From the NCBI GenBank assembly GCA_018609125.1, contig JABAYF010000010.1:23477-87476 (forward strand): DNA of 64,000 bases. Reading direction: 5' to 3'. The position numbers and the translations under genes are program-made. Position 1 is the stretch's first letter. Each line of letters opens with the position of its first letter. A model generated the notes under the pieces. It was not told the origin of the DNA. It made no database searches and worked only from the letters and a program-made list of their open reading frames with translations. The stretch comes from Candidatus Nanopelagicales bacterium. Its GTDB lineage: Bacteria > Actinomycetota > Actinomycetes > S36-B12. Below are positions 32,302 to 42,466 of the stretch, piece after piece.

Positions 32302-33297
32302 ATGACCCTCGACCTGATCGCAACTAATGTCTTCTCAGTTCCGGTGCTTGCCTTTGCCCTCGGTCTATCGGCCGCGGCGATCAAAGCAGACTTGCGGCTA
32401 CCCGACGCTGCCTACCAAGCGATTTCGATCTACCTACTTTTGGCGATCGGGCTCAAGGGTGGTGTGGCTCTGCGCGAAGCCGATCTAGCCGAGGTTGCAG
32501 CGCCGGTGGCGGTGGCGATCATTCTCGGTGTCACCATCCCGATTCTGGCCTTTTTGGGCTTGCGGTTCCTCACCAAACTGGGCCCTGTCGATCGCGGCGC
32601 ACTGGCGGCCCACTACGGCTCCACATCTTTGGTCACCTTCACTGCCGCCCTGGTGTTTCTAGAATCGCTGAACGTGTCCTATGAGGGATACGTGGCCACG
32701 CTGTTGGCTATTTTGGAGATCCCAGGCATCCTGGTGGGCTTGCTGCTCGCCGGATCGATGAGCAAGAATCCCGCCGGGGCCGATGCGCCGTCTCGGCGCC
32801 GCTGGGCCGAATCGCTGCGCTAGGTGCTCACTGGCCGATCGGTGCTCCTGCTGGCCGGGGGTTTGGTGATGGGAGTGTTGACCGGTCCGGAAGGGTTCGT
32901 GCGTGTTGAGCCTTTCTTCGGCGGTCTCTTTATCGGTGTTCTGGCCCTGTTCCTGCTCGAAATGGGCATGTTGGCCGGGCGGCGCCTCGGCGATTTACGT
33001 CAGGCAGGCTTTGGGCTGGTTGTTTTCGCCATCGTCTTTCCCATTGTCGCGGGCGTCTTAGGGATCGGTGGTGGGTCGCTCGCTGGAATGTCGACCGGCG
33101 GCGCGATGGTGCTCGGTGTTCTCTGCGCCAGTGCTTCCTACATTGCTGCACCGGCCGCGGTTCGCCTCGCGTTGCCAACTGCCAATCCTGGTATCACCCT
33201 CACCGCCAGCCTCGGTATGACTTTTCCATTCAATCTCGTCATCGGCATCCCGCTGTACTGGGGTATCGCGCAATGGCTGGCACCGATACTGGGCTAG
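32302..33297 (+). pseudogene. sbtA: SbtA-family Na+-dependent bicarbonate transporter interrupted by an in-frame TAG at 32821-32823
   Basis: YLLLAIGLKGG, AAHYGSTSLVTF, FLLEMG, ASASYIAAPAA, TFPFNLVIGIPLY; reads ESLR*VLTGRSVLLL in one frame; pseudogene status uncertain. Confidence 0.8.
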
Positions 33298-33325
33298 CAC
33301 CAACCCAACATGCTAAGGACCTGTA

Positions 33326-33631
33326 ATGAGTGAGCTAAGTGAGGTGACCTGCGTGGTCATCGTTGCCGAGGCGATCGTTGAACCTCGACTGCTCGATGAT
33401 TTAGTCGCCTGCGGGGTGCGCGGGTGGACGCTGACCCCGGCACAGGGCCAGGGCCCACGCAACCGCGGAGTTAGCGAGATTGAGGGCGGCAGTATTCGGC
33501 TGGACGTCCTGGCATCCGACGCGGTTGTTGATCGCATCTGGCAGTTGCTCGATTCAGACTATTTTCACGACTACGCGGTGTCTGCGTGGTCGTATCCGGT
33601 TCGAGTGATGCGCACTGATCGCTACCGCTGA
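33326..33631 (+). CDS. sbtB: SbtB PII-like regulator
   Basis: IVAEAIVE, GVRGWT, GQG, DYF.DY, V.V.R; directly after sbtA. Confidence 0.85.
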   Translation: MSELSEVTCVVIVAEAIVEPRLLDDLVACGVRGWTLTPAQGQGPRNRGVSEIEGGSIRLDVLASDAVVDRIWQLLDSDYFHDYAVSAWSYPVRVMRTDRYR

Positions 33632-33825
33632 GACTTGGCTGCCCACACCCACCCGGCTAAGCCACCGACGATGAATATTCCGGGCACCAGGTTCCACGAC
33701 AACCCCTGCAGTTCACGAATGCCACCGGTTTGTTGATCGAGCCAATTGCTGGTCACTGCGTAGAGCACAGCGCCCAGGGCCAGGCCCACGATCGCGCCGA
33801 GGCCGATCCGCCACAGGTATGCCAT
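33622..33825 (-). CDS. Small two-TM hypothetical protein
   Basis: 67 aa, two hydrophobic segments, GAAGG RBS, follows mmsA. Confidence 0.6.
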   Translation of the reverse strand: MAYLWRIGLGAIVGLALGAVLYAVTSNWLDQQTGGIRELQGLSWNLVPGIFIVGGLAGWVWAAKSQR

Positions 33826-33838
33826 GGTTTACCTTCGC

Positions 33839-35341
33839 CTACGTTTGCGTGGGGAACCCAAGGTTAAGACCACCGTGGCTTGGGTCTAGCCAGCGGCTGG
33901 TCACCACTTTGCCGCGAGTGAAGAAGTTAACCCCTTCAAGGCCATGGGCGTGTGAGTCACCGAACAGGGAGTTCTTCCAGCCACCAAAGGAGTAGTAGGC
34001 CATCGGCACCGGGACGGGCACGTTGATGCCCACCATGCCCACCTCGACTTCATTTTGGAACCGCCGAGCCGCACCACCATCGTTGGTGAAAATTGCGGTG
34101 CCATTGCCGTAGGGATGATCATTGATCAGTGCCAGACCCTCGTCATAGGAGTTGACCCGGACGATGGACAGTACGGGTCCAAAGATCTCCTCCTGATAAA
34201 TCGACATGTCGGTTGTGACATGGTCAAAGAGTGTGGGGCCTAGCCAGAAACCCTCATCGGCGCCGTCGACCTCGATGCCGCGACCATCAACGACAAGGGT
34301 GGCGCCCTCCTTGGCACCTGCGGCTACGTAGGAGGCGACCTTGTCTCGATGCACACGTGTTACGAGCGGACCCATATCGCAACCGCGTCGACCATCGCCC
34401 GTGCGAAGGCGAGACATCCGCTCGGCAATCCCAGCCACGAGTTGATCGGCCACCGGCTCTACGGCTACCACAACGGAAATGGCCATGCACCGTTCACCTG
34501 CCGAACCGAAGCCGGCATTGACTGCCTGGTCTGCGGCAAGGTTGAGGTCTGCATCAGGCAGCACGAGCATGTGGTTCTTGGCGCCACCGAGTGCCTGCAC
34601 GCGCTTGCCGTGTGCGGTTCCTGTTTCGTACACGTAGCGAGCAATCGGGGTAGACCCGACGAAGGAGATGCTCTTGACGTCAGGGTGCGTGAGCAGGCCA
34701 TCCACCGCGACTTTGTCGCCGTGCAGCACGGTAAATACACCTTCGGGTAGCCCCGCCTTCGCCCAGAGTTGGGCGATGAAATTCGCCGCACTGGGGTCTT
34801 TTTCGCTGGGCTTAATTACCACGGAGTTACCGGCTGCAATGGCGATGGGGAAGAACCACATCGGCACCATTGCGGGGAAATTGAACGGTGAAATGACGCC
34901 GACGACCCCGAGCGGTTGGCGGATGGAATACACATCGACTCCGGTGGAAACTCCCTCGGAGAAGCCACCTTTGAGTAGCTGGGGAATCCCGCAGGCAAAC
35001 TCCACGACTTCAAGGCCACGCGTCACTTCCCCGAGTGAGTCGGCGAGTACCTTGCCGTGTTCGGCGGTGACGAGTGCGGCGAGTTCTTCACGATGAGCGT
35101 TGAGTAACTCGCGAAAGGCGAACAGGACCTGGGTGCGTTTTGTGAGTGATGATTCGCGCCAGGACAGATAGGCCTTTTTGGCTCCGGCAACGGCGGCATC
35201 GACAACCTCGGCGTCGGCGAAGGCCACATTGGCCGTGATCGCACCGGTGGCCGGGTCGTACACCTCACCAACCCGCGCGGGTGCACCGCTCCATTCTGTG
35301 CCGTTGATCCAGTGAGAAATAGTGGGTAGCAAAGAGGTCAT
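33839..35341 (-). CDS. mmsA: CoA-acylating (methyl)malonate-semialdehyde dehydrogenase
   Basis: PFNFPAMVPMW, KPSEKDP, FVGSTP, GGAKNH, GSAGERCMA, EEIFGP. Confidence 0.95.
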   Translation of the reverse strand: MTSLLPTISHWINGTEWSGAPARVGEVYDPATGAITANVAFADAEVVDAAVAGAKKAYLSWRESSLTKRTQVLFAFRELLNAHREELAALVTAEHGKVLADSLGEVTRGLEVVEFACGIPQLLKGGFSEGVSTGVDVYSIRQPLGVVGVISPFNFPAMVPMWFFPIAIAAGNSVVIKPSEKDPSAANFIAQLWAKAGLPEGVFTVLHGDKVAVDGLLTHPDVKSISFVGSTPIARYVYETGTAHGKRVQALGGAKNHMLVLPDADLNLAADQAVNAGFGSAGERCMAISVVVAVEPVADQLVAGIAERMSRLRTGDGRRGCDMGPLVTRVHRDKVASYVAAGAKEGATLVVDGRGIEVDGADEGFWLGPTLFDHVTTDMSIYQEEIFGPVLSIVRVNSYDEGLALINDHPYGNGTAIFTNDGGAARRFQNEVEVGMVGINVPVPVPMAYYSFGGWKNSLFGDSHAHGLEGVNFFTRGKVVTSRWLDPSHGGLNLGFPTQT

Positions 35342-35401
35342 GCCTGAATCGTATGTGCCCGGCCATGTCACATTTCAGCGGATCACCAATTCGTGTCTGG
35401 A

Positions 35402-35824
35402 CTACTCTTCGGCCACACCTTCGCGGGTCAATTCAACCTCGTAACTGGTGTTCGTGTCACCTAGCTCGATGTAGCGCACTGCCATGCGATCGGCATCGAC
35501 CACGCCGGAGAAGAACCCGTCAGTTTCGGTGAGCACAAAGGTGTTACCACCGATGCCTAATTGGCCCACCAGGGCATCTTGCTGGTCACTTCCCGCAGAT
35601 TCTTGGTACCCCCAGATGTTTCGCCCGTCCTGGGTTTCGATCACGATGCGCTCGGTCACGGTGGCCGTGGTGCCGTTGGCGAGAGGATAGGTGAACTCCC
35701 CGGTCCACGTACCAACCATGCTGACCGGTTCGGTCGACCCGGACGGGGCACAACCGGCCGCCGTTAGGAGCAGTGCTGCGGCGGCGGTCAGGACAGTGGC
35801 GCGCTTGACGCGGTGCATCATCAT
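35402..35824 (-). CDS. Hypothetical beta-rich lipoprotein
   Basis: Lipobox TAAGC, GTWTG motif; CAGACT 7 nt upstream of ATG suggests its own promoter. Confidence 0.65.
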   Translation of the reverse strand: MMMHRVKRATVLTAAAALLLTAAGCAPSGSTEPVSMVGTWTGEFTYPLANGTTATVTERIVIETQDGRNIWGYQESAGSDQQDALVGQLGIGGNTFVLTETDGFFSGVVDADRMAVRYIELGDTNTSYEVELTREGVAEE

Positions 35825-35846
35825 GTATGGCAGTCTGCCACTGTCG

Positions 35847-38744
35847 TTATGGAGCAGGTGCATCGTCTACGTAATAGGCCTTCATCTGGGGCATGACCGG
35901 ACGCATCATGAACGGCGGGCGCCGCAGCCCCTGCGCGTTGGGTCCCGGGCGCGTCTTGGCCATCCACTCCCGGTACACCTCGCGCGACTTTGCCGTGTCC
36001 ACCACCACATCGCCGTACTTATCTTCTTCATGGGCAGGTTCGATGCGTACGTGCTGATGCCAGCAGTGCATGCCTGACCAGGTGTCTGGGTGCACCGCGA
36101 AGGCAAGGTTTTGATGCACCCCTGGATCCTCCCAGTGGATGCGCATGGAGTCAGGATCGTCGCTGACGAACGGACGCACCCCTTCCCGATAGCGCAGCCG
36201 CCAACGGCCGTCGTCAAGTTGGCCCACCTGTACCTTTCCGCTCACCCAGCGCGATCCTGCGTCGTCGGTGGTGCGCCAGCGACCCATGTGGTGGGACAGG
36301 GCGCTTACCCCGGGTCGGATACCTTCCGTTGCCCAAATGCGTGCCACGAAGTGACCGATCTCGGTGCTGACGCGGACCATGTCGCCGGTGGCGAGGCCGA
36401 GCCGTTGGGCGTCCTTGCTGTTCATCCACATCGGGTGCTTATTGCTGATCTCGTTGAGGTACTTCGCGTTGCCCGACCTGGTGTGGATGAGAGTCGGTAG
36501 CCGAAACGTGGGCACCAGTAGCATCTCGTTGCTCTGCTCGGTGATCACGCTGTGGTGAACGTGGGATTTGATGTAGGTCGGCGTCGCATATTCCGGCCAC
36601 CCGAAATCGGCCATGGACGGTGAATACAACTCCAGTTTTCGTGACGGGGTCAGCCAGCCGGCGACTTCGGCACCGTCGTCCATCACGATCCCGACCGCAC
36701 CGGCTTCGCCCACGAGTGGTTTCTGGGTTTCTGGCGTGGTGGGTTTGCGCAGAACGCCGTCGGCATCGGCCACGGCGCCGTCTCGTTCAGCGTCGGTGAG
36801 CGGGCGTTCATCCTGGCGGTAGAGGCCGTTGACGATTTCTACCGCTCCGTACTTGCGCATGTATTCCAGCGGCGTAAGGCCTTCTCGTTCCGCCTTTTCT
36901 GGCAGCCCAGGTACGTTGTTATCGAAAACGTACCCGTAGTAGTCATCAATCGTAATTTTCTCGCCAGGACGTCCCGGTGCCTCAAAGTACTGCCGGATTC
37001 CTAGTGATCCGTCCGGGTCGATGCGCCAGGACATTTCGAACCAAAATTCGTTTTCTTCCCAGACTTCACCGGGATTGGCATCGCGGGTATCACTGATCTT
37101 CTCGCCCATTTTTTCCAGCGCCACGCGACGAACAGGCTGGCGGAATCCGAGCCACTTGCCCGCGTACTGCTCATAAGACTGGGTGTCGTGTCGTTCGGTG
37201 GAATGACCGAAGGGCAGGATGTAGTCCGCCCATAGCGCGGTTTCATTCCAGGTGGGTGTCATGGCCACGTGACAACCAACGAGATCTTCCCGCGAGAGTG
37301 CCTCGATCCAACTGAAACCGTCGGGATTGGTCCATACGGGGTTGTAGACGCGAGTGAAGTACACGTCGAGTTTGCCCCGGCCTTCAAGAAGAAAATGGGG
37401 TAGCAGGATGGACAATTCGTTGGTAGACAGCGGGAACTCTTTTGGCCACAGCAGTTCATTCCACGAGTCGTGTCCACCGGGCATGTTGGGGCCGTGAGGA
37501 ATGAACTTATTCCAGCCGTTGGGGCTGGTGCCACCTTCTTGGCCGATGCTGCCGGTTAACACGGTGAGGAAGAACAGTGCGCGGGCAACCGCCCAGCCAC
37601 CAAGGTTTCCCGCGCTGGCTGCACGCCAGGTGTGAGCGGCCAATTTGCCATTGCAGCCAGCCACAATGCGAGCAACTTTTTGCACTTGAGCCAACGGAAC
37701 CTTGCACTCTTGCGCAGCAAACTCAAGTGTGTAGTGGGCGTAGTCGTTGGTGAGCGCTTCTTTGAACGTCGTGAAGTCAGCCGAATCGACGTCGGGGTGC
37801 AGGCGTTCTAGATAGGTGCGCCAGTTGACCCAGCGTTGGATGTAGTTCCAGTCGACGGCGTTGGTGCGCATCAAGTACGCAGCGATCGCCAACAGCATGG
37901 CTGCTTCAGTGCCAGGCCATGGGGAGACCCATTCATCGGCGTGGGAGGCGGTATTGGAAAGGCGCGGATCTAGGACAATAAGTTTTGCTCCGCCGCGCAC
38001 CTTGGCATCCATGATGCGCTGTGCGTGCGGATTGAAATAGTGGCCGGATTCAAGGTGTGCAGAGAGCAGAAGAATCACGTTTGCGTTGGCATGGTCAGGG
38101 GAGGGGCGATCGTAGCCACCCCAGAGGGAATAGCCCAAACGTGCCCCGGCAGAGCAAATATTTGTGTGGGTGTTGTTGCCGTCAACCCCCCAGGCAAGCA
38201 GGACGCGCTCAATGAATCCGTCTTCGCCGTGGCGGCCCACGTGATACATGATTTCATTGCGTCGATCTTCAAGGATCGCTTTGCGAATGCGCCCGGCGAT
38301 ATCGTCCATGGCGTCATCCCAGGACACCTGCTCAAACTGGGCTGAACCGCGTGGACCGGTGCGCTTCATGGGGGTGAGGAGACGTTCGGGGTCTTGGGTC
38401 TGATTAATCGTGGCCGGGCCCTTGGCGCAGTTGCGCCCGCGCGAGCCAGGGTGGGCCGGGTTGCCCTCAATCTTGACAACCTCTTTTGTTTCGCGGTCAA
38501 CATAGGCCAGCAGTCCGCAACCTGATTCGCAGTTGAAACAGGTGGTGGGTACGAGCATGTAGTGCCGTCCCACCTTGCGTGGATGGGCTTTCGCGTCGTA
38601 CATCACCACGTCATCCCAGGTGTCCACCGGCGGGTAGTTCGAGACCGTCTCCCGCACGCGCAGACCGTGGTGTTCAGGTGCTTGCGGATCCACCGGTGAA
38701 GCAGCAGGGCCGGTAGCGACGGACTCGGTTGGTCGTGGACTCAT
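35847..38744 (-). CDS. Mo/W-bis-PGD oxidoreductase catalytic subunit (Psr/Phs/Arr-like), no Tat signal
   Basis: CFNCESGC...NCAKG Fe-S motif, HTNICS Cys ligand region, DPRLSNTA, ADYILP, HTRSGN..LNEI; no twin-arginine leader. Confidence 0.9.
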   Translation of the reverse strand: MSPRPTESVATGPAASPVDPQAPEHHGLRVRETVSNYPPVDTWDDVVMYDAKAHPRKVGRHYMLVPTTCFNCESGCGLLAYVDRETKEVVKIEGNPAHPGSRGRNCAKGPATINQTQDPERLLTPMKRTGPRGSAQFEQVSWDDAMDDIAGRIRKAILEDRRNEIMYHVGRHGEDGFIERVLLAWGVDGNNTHTNICSAGARLGYSLWGGYDRPSPDHANANVILLLSAHLESGHYFNPHAQRIMDAKVRGGAKLIVLDPRLSNTASHADEWVSPWPGTEAAMLLAIAAYLMRTNAVDWNYIQRWVNWRTYLERLHPDVDSADFTTFKEALTNDYAHYTLEFAAQECKVPLAQVQKVARIVAGCNGKLAAHTWRAASAGNLGGWAVARALFFLTVLTGSIGQEGGTSPNGWNKFIPHGPNMPGGHDSWNELLWPKEFPLSTNELSILLPHFLLEGRGKLDVYFTRVYNPVWTNPDGFSWIEALSREDLVGCHVAMTPTWNETALWADYILPFGHSTERHDTQSYEQYAGKWLGFRQPVRRVALEKMGEKISDTRDANPGEVWEENEFWFEMSWRIDPDGSLGIRQYFEAPGRPGEKITIDDYYGYVFDNNVPGLPEKAEREGLTPLEYMRKYGAVEIVNGLYRQDERPLTDAERDGAVADADGVLRKPTTPETQKPLVGEAGAVGIVMDDGAEVAGWLTPSRKLELYSPSMADFGWPEYATPTYIKSHVHHSVITEQSNEMLLVPTFRLPTLIHTRSGNAKYLNEISNKHPMWMNSKDAQRLGLATGDMVRVSTEIGHFVARIWATEGIRPGVSALSHHMGRWRTTDDAGSRWVSGKVQVGQLDDGRWRLRYREGVRPFVSDDPDSMRIHWEDPGVHQNLAFAVHPDTWSGMHCWHQHVRIEPAHEEDKYGDVVVDTAKSREVYREWMAKTRPGPNAQGLRRPPFMMRPVMPQMKAYYVDDAPAP

Positions 38745-38789
38745 CGGGACAACCTTTCTGGCGCGCAGCGGGAATGACGTGGCGTGCGA

Positions 38790-40328
38790 TCAGGACAGGG
38801 GTGGGTCTTGCCCGGCCATAACAAAGACACGCTCGTGGGCGAGGAGTGCCGGTTGCACCAGGAGACCCGCGATCAATCCGAGCCAGATGGGTGCTCCGAG
38901 TGCAACAGCGAGTCCAAGGCCACCGCCCACAGCTGACATCGCGATGGAACCCCACCAGAACTGCTGGCGGTAGCGGCCGTGGGTAATGGCATGGGCGGCG
39001 ATCTGGGCGTTTCGGGTGCTGTGGCTGCCACCAAAGTCGACCGCGGTGACCAGCAGGTGTGCGCCTACCCCGACCACCAGGGCCCACGCCAGCCAGCGTT
39101 GGCTTGCGGTGTCGGAAAGAATCATGGACAGGGCGAGCAGTACACCGGCTCCGACCATGACAGCCTGTGCCTGCAGATGCCAGAAAAGAGCGGGTGACTG
39201 CCACAGGTCGCGGCCCTCTGCCTGACCGAAAAGGAATGCGGTGTAGCCGGCCACCATGATCGCGGCGGGCACTGCGGGCCAGGCGAGAACAGAGATGACC
39301 GAGGTCCAGTCGAGAATTCCGAGCGCATCGGCCACGCCGACGAGGAGCCATAGGCCGGCAATGCCAGCACCTAGGCCGAGGAAGATGCCCCCGAGGGCCA
39401 GCCACGATCGTCGGTTGATCTTGCGTGGATCAAGCAGGAACAGGAAGCGTTTGGGCTGCTTCAAGTCCCAGATGAGTAGTGCAGCGGTGATGAGCAGGAA
39501 TCCCACAGCGATCGCGGGGGCGGCAATGGTGACCAGACTGGTCCGGTCGGTAGTGAACAAGACCAGCAGTGCACCCAGGAGCAGGCCACCGGCGGAAATC
39601 GACTTGGTCCACAGGTAGGTCCAGACTTTCCAGCCCCAGGGTCGAGGGTGGGCGGTATTGAGAGTCGTGCGCGCCATGGACATCGGATCACCGGGTAGCT
39701 CCGCAGCGGTTTCTAGGCGCAGCGGATCAGCATCGGCCCACAGGTAGGTCTGATCCACCGGTGCAGCGAGTGGATCCAGCGTTGTGTGGTCGGCACCGAC
39801 GTAATACACATTCGGCTTTGTGCCCTGCTCCGGTGTGCGAACGCTGACCGGTTCGATGCTGAGAAACTTCGAGATACCACTGGTGGGATCGTCAATGTCC
39901 CCCATCCAGATGGACTCGGTAGGACATACCTGTACACAGGCGGGTTCTAAGCCCTGATCAATGCGGTGGGCACAGAAGTTACATTTGGCGGCCGTGTGGG
40001 TGTTTTCGTCGATATAAATCGCATCGTAAGGGCAAGCTTGCATGCACATTTTGCACCCGATGCACAGTTCATTGTCGAAGTCGACGATGCCGTCGGGGCG
40101 AATAAACAGTGCCTCGGTGGGGCAACTCTTCACGCAGGGCGCATCAGTGCAGTGATTGCATCGAAGGACGGCCATTTCTCTTGTGGTCGAGGGAAACTCG
40201 CCCTTTTCGACGTACTTCACCCAGGTACGAAATTGACCGACCGGAATGTCATGCTCAGTCTTGCAGGCCACCGTGCAGGCGTGGCAGCCGATACAGGTCC
40301 GTTGGTCAATGGCGAATCCATAGCGCAC
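38790..40328 (-). CDS. Fused 4x[4Fe-4S] ferredoxin + NrfD/PsrC-type membrane anchor
   Basis: CIGCHACTVAC, CNHC..PCVKSCP, CIGCKMCMQACP, KCNFC..CVQVCP; then PWGW..YLW, DLKQPKRF, SW, about eight TM. Confidence 0.9.
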   Translation of the reverse strand: MRYGFAIDQRTCIGCHACTVACKTEHDIPVGQFRTWVKYVEKGEFPSTTREMAVLRCNHCTDAPCVKSCPTEALFIRPDGIVDFDNELCIGCKMCMQACPYDAIYIDENTHTAAKCNFCAHRIDQGLEPACVQVCPTESIWMGDIDDPTSGISKFLSIEPVSVRTPEQGTKPNVYYVGADHTTLDPLAAPVDQTYLWADADPLRLETAAELPGDPMSMARTTLNTAHPRPWGWKVWTYLWTKSISAGGLLLGALLVLFTTDRTSLVTIAAPAIAVGFLLITAALLIWDLKQPKRFLFLLDPRKINRRSWLALGGIFLGLGAGIAGLWLLVGVADALGILDWTSVISVLAWPAVPAAIMVAGYTAFLFGQAEGRDLWQSPALFWHLQAQAVMVGAGVLLALSMILSDTASQRWLAWALVVGVGAHLLVTAVDFGGSHSTRNAQIAAHAITHGRYRQQFWWGSIAMSAVGGGLGLAVALGAPIWLGLIAGLLVQPALLAHERVFVMAGQDPPLS

Positions 40329-40334
40329 GGGAGG

Positions 40335-40565
40335 TCACTTCTTCCGAATGTAGAACTTCAACACGTTGCCGTCTTCAGCGGACTCAACGATTTCATTGCC
40401 GGTCTGTGTCGCCCACGCCGGAATATCTGACCGAGAGCCGGCATCGGTAGCCTCCACCAGCATCACTTCGCCAACAGCCAGATCTTTCATTCCCTTGGCC
40501 GTCATGAGTACCGGCATGGGACAACTCATCCCTTTGGTGTCAACGGTTTTCCTAACGTCGGTCAT
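40335..40565 (-). CDS. tusA: TusA-family sulfur carrier
   Basis: VDTKGMSCPMP, ATDAGSRSDIPAW, FYIRK. Confidence 0.9.
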   Translation of the reverse strand: MTDVRKTVDTKGMSCPMPVLMTAKGMKDLAVGEVMLVEATDAGSRSDIPAWATQTGNEIVESAEDGNVLKFYIRKK

Positions 40566-40596
40566 GGTGCCTCCATCGGCTATGAGAAGTGGTTGG

Positions 40597-41130
40597 TTAG
40601 ATAAAAAGATTTATCTGCGACTTAGACATAGATTGCAAGGCGGTGGCGGCGCCGACCGGTGTGCCGAGGCCACCGATCATCTGTTCGGGCTTAATGCCTA
40701 GTAGGTCCATCGTCATTTGGCAGGGCCACAGGTTCACGCCCATGTCCTGGCAGATTTCCAGTAAATCCTCCGGGGGCAACAGGTTGTTCTTCTTGGCCAC
40801 CTTGCGCATCATCCAACGCCCCGCCCCACCCATGTTCATGCGGGACAGTTTCGCCTTTTTCATACCCGGCGGGTTCATGCCGGCCAGTGCTTTGGTCATG
40901 GCGTCGTACCCGGTGATTCGCACGTCGTCTCGGACGAGTGGAAACAGGCCCCAGAACGTGAAGAAGACCGTAACGTTCATTCCGGTGGCCGCACCGGTGG
41001 AGCTGAGAATCAAGGTCGGCCACAGTTTGTCGAGGTCACCGCTCCAGGCGATGATCGTCATCGACTGCGGATCGGTCACGTCAGATCCAGTCGTATTCGT
41101 GGAGATGTCTGCGGGGTCGTTGTCAGGCAT
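40597..41130 (-). CDS. DsrE2/YrkE-like sulfurtransferase
   Basis: SGDLDK, VFFTFWGL, LSRMNMGGAG, CQMTMDLLG; GAAGGAAAGG RBS before ATG 41130. Confidence 0.88.
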   Translation of the reverse strand: MPDNDPADISTNTTGSDVTDPQSMTIIAWSGDLDKLWPTLILSSTGAATGMNVTVFFTFWGLFPLVRDDVRITGYDAMTKALAGMNPPGMKKAKLSRMNMGGAGRWMMRKVAKKNNLLPPEDLLEICQDMGVNLWPCQMTMDLLGIKPEQMIGGLGTPVGAATALQSMSKSQINLFI

Positions 41131-41247
41131 GGTCAACCTTTCCTTCGTGCGGGGCGAGACCGACATGATGTGTTGCCATCAATCTAGGACCGACCAATTT
41201 CGCTAAAGGCTAGCGCCCCGGTAGTGAAAACATTAGCGTTTGCGCAT

Positions 41248-41267
41248 ATTCGCAGGAGATTGTGAAT
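41248..41267. promoter_or_regulatory. Imperfect inverted repeat, candidate ArsR operator in the divergent promoter
   Basis: ATTCGCA-GGAGAT-TGTGAAT (one mismatch) between the divergent sulfur operons. Confidence 0.45.
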
Positions 41268-41284
41268 TAGCGAGCGGAGGCATC

Positions 41285-42415
41285 GTGTCCACAGCCCTCA
41301 CCCCGGCCGAACTGTTTGCCCACATTGATGCCGGCGATGTTCCATTGATTTTGGATGTGCGTAATCAAAATGAGTTTGAATCCTGGCGCATAGAGGGCAC
41401 GCGCGAGGTGCCCACGCGCAATGTGCCGATTTGGCAGGCCGTAGAAGAGGTGGAGGACCTAGCCGCCCAGATACCCGATGGAACCATCGTGGTGTGCGCA
41501 CACGGCAATGGCAGCGATCTGCTCATCGAGATGCTCGCGCAAGCGGGCCGTAGCGTGACCAATCTTGTCGGGGGAACGGCCGCCTGGGCGGAACTACTGA
41601 TCTGCCTACCGCTACCGGGGCTGCCTGAACCATTCATTGGGTGGCAGATTCAACGCCCGGCTAAGGCATGTTTGTCCTACGTCATCGGAGTTCCCGGACA
41701 TGCTTGCATCGTGGTAGACCCGGCAAGGTTTCTTCAGGAGTATCTCGACCTAGCTGCACGGGCGGACATGACCATTACGCACGTGATTGATACCCACGTG
41801 CATGCCGATCACATCAGCGGTGGACCCCAACTAGCCGAACGCGTGAACGCGACCTATCACGTGCCGATGGAAGACACCGGTGGCTCAACCCCTTTTGCGA
41901 ATGAGCCACTCATTGATGGGGCCGCCCTCGACCTTGGCGCGGCGAGCATTGAGGTGCTGGCCGTCAAAATGCCCGGCCACACGCCCGGAACCACGTGTAT
42001 TCACATCCCAGGCCACCTGCTTCTCACCGGGGACACGGTGTTTGTTCGCGGCGTGGGTCGACCCGATCTCACCGGCCAGGCTGATGACCTGGCTCAGCAG
42101 CTGTTTCACACTGTCCACGACGTGTTGCGTCCGCTTGAGCCGACAACGATGGTGCTTCCCGCGCACTGGACGTTCCTCAACGAAATCGGCACTGATGGGT
42201 TGGTGAAAACCACCCTGGGCGAAGTTTTCAATTCGACCTTGATGTCCGAAGCGGATATGGCGGCCTTCGTTCGTGAAATCGTGACGAGTTTGCCAGCCGC
42301 GCCGCAGATCTACGACACGATCCGGTTGGTGAACTCCGGGCAACCGGCGACGGCGGCGGAAATGGAGACGCTAGAGATCGGTAAGAATCAGTGTGCTGCC
42401 TCAACCACGACCTAG
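41285..42415 (+). CDS. Rhodanese + metallo-beta-lactamase (persulfide dioxygenase-like, YrkH type)
   Basis: LDVRN, VVCAHG (rhodanese Cys), CLSY, THVHADHISG, PGHT, TGD, PAH, C-terminal EIGKNQCA. Confidence 0.88.
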   Translation: MSTALTPAELFAHIDAGDVPLILDVRNQNEFESWRIEGTREVPTRNVPIWQAVEEVEDLAAQIPDGTIVVCAHGNGSDLLIEMLAQAGRSVTNLVGGTAAWAELLICLPLPGLPEPFIGWQIQRPAKACLSYVIGVPGHACIVVDPARFLQEYLDLAARADMTITHVIDTHVHADHISGGPQLAERVNATYHVPMEDTGGSTPFANEPLIDGAALDLGAASIEVLAVKMPGHTPGTTCIHIPGHLLLTGDTVFVRGVGRPDLTGQADDLAQQLFHTVHDVLRPLEPTTMVLPAHWTFLNEIGTDGLVKTTLGEVFNSTLMSEADMAAFVREIVTSLPAAPQIYDTIRLVNSGQPATAAEMETLEIGKNQCAASTTT

Positions 42416-42466
42416 GGGCACATCGCGGCAATGGGGTGCGGGGGAAACGTATGAGAGGCTGCGTCC

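Noticed and set aside
32821-32823. Pyrrolysine or genome-wide TAG recoding as the explanation for the sbtA stop
   Set aside because: TAG ends many normal genes here (rph, sbcD, sbcC, patB) and no pyl genes are visible
35847-38744. Calling the Mo enzyme formate dehydrogenase or nitrate reductase
   Set aside because: Lacks the Cys/Sec-His pair of FDH; NrfD-type anchor and tusA/dsrE context point elsewhere
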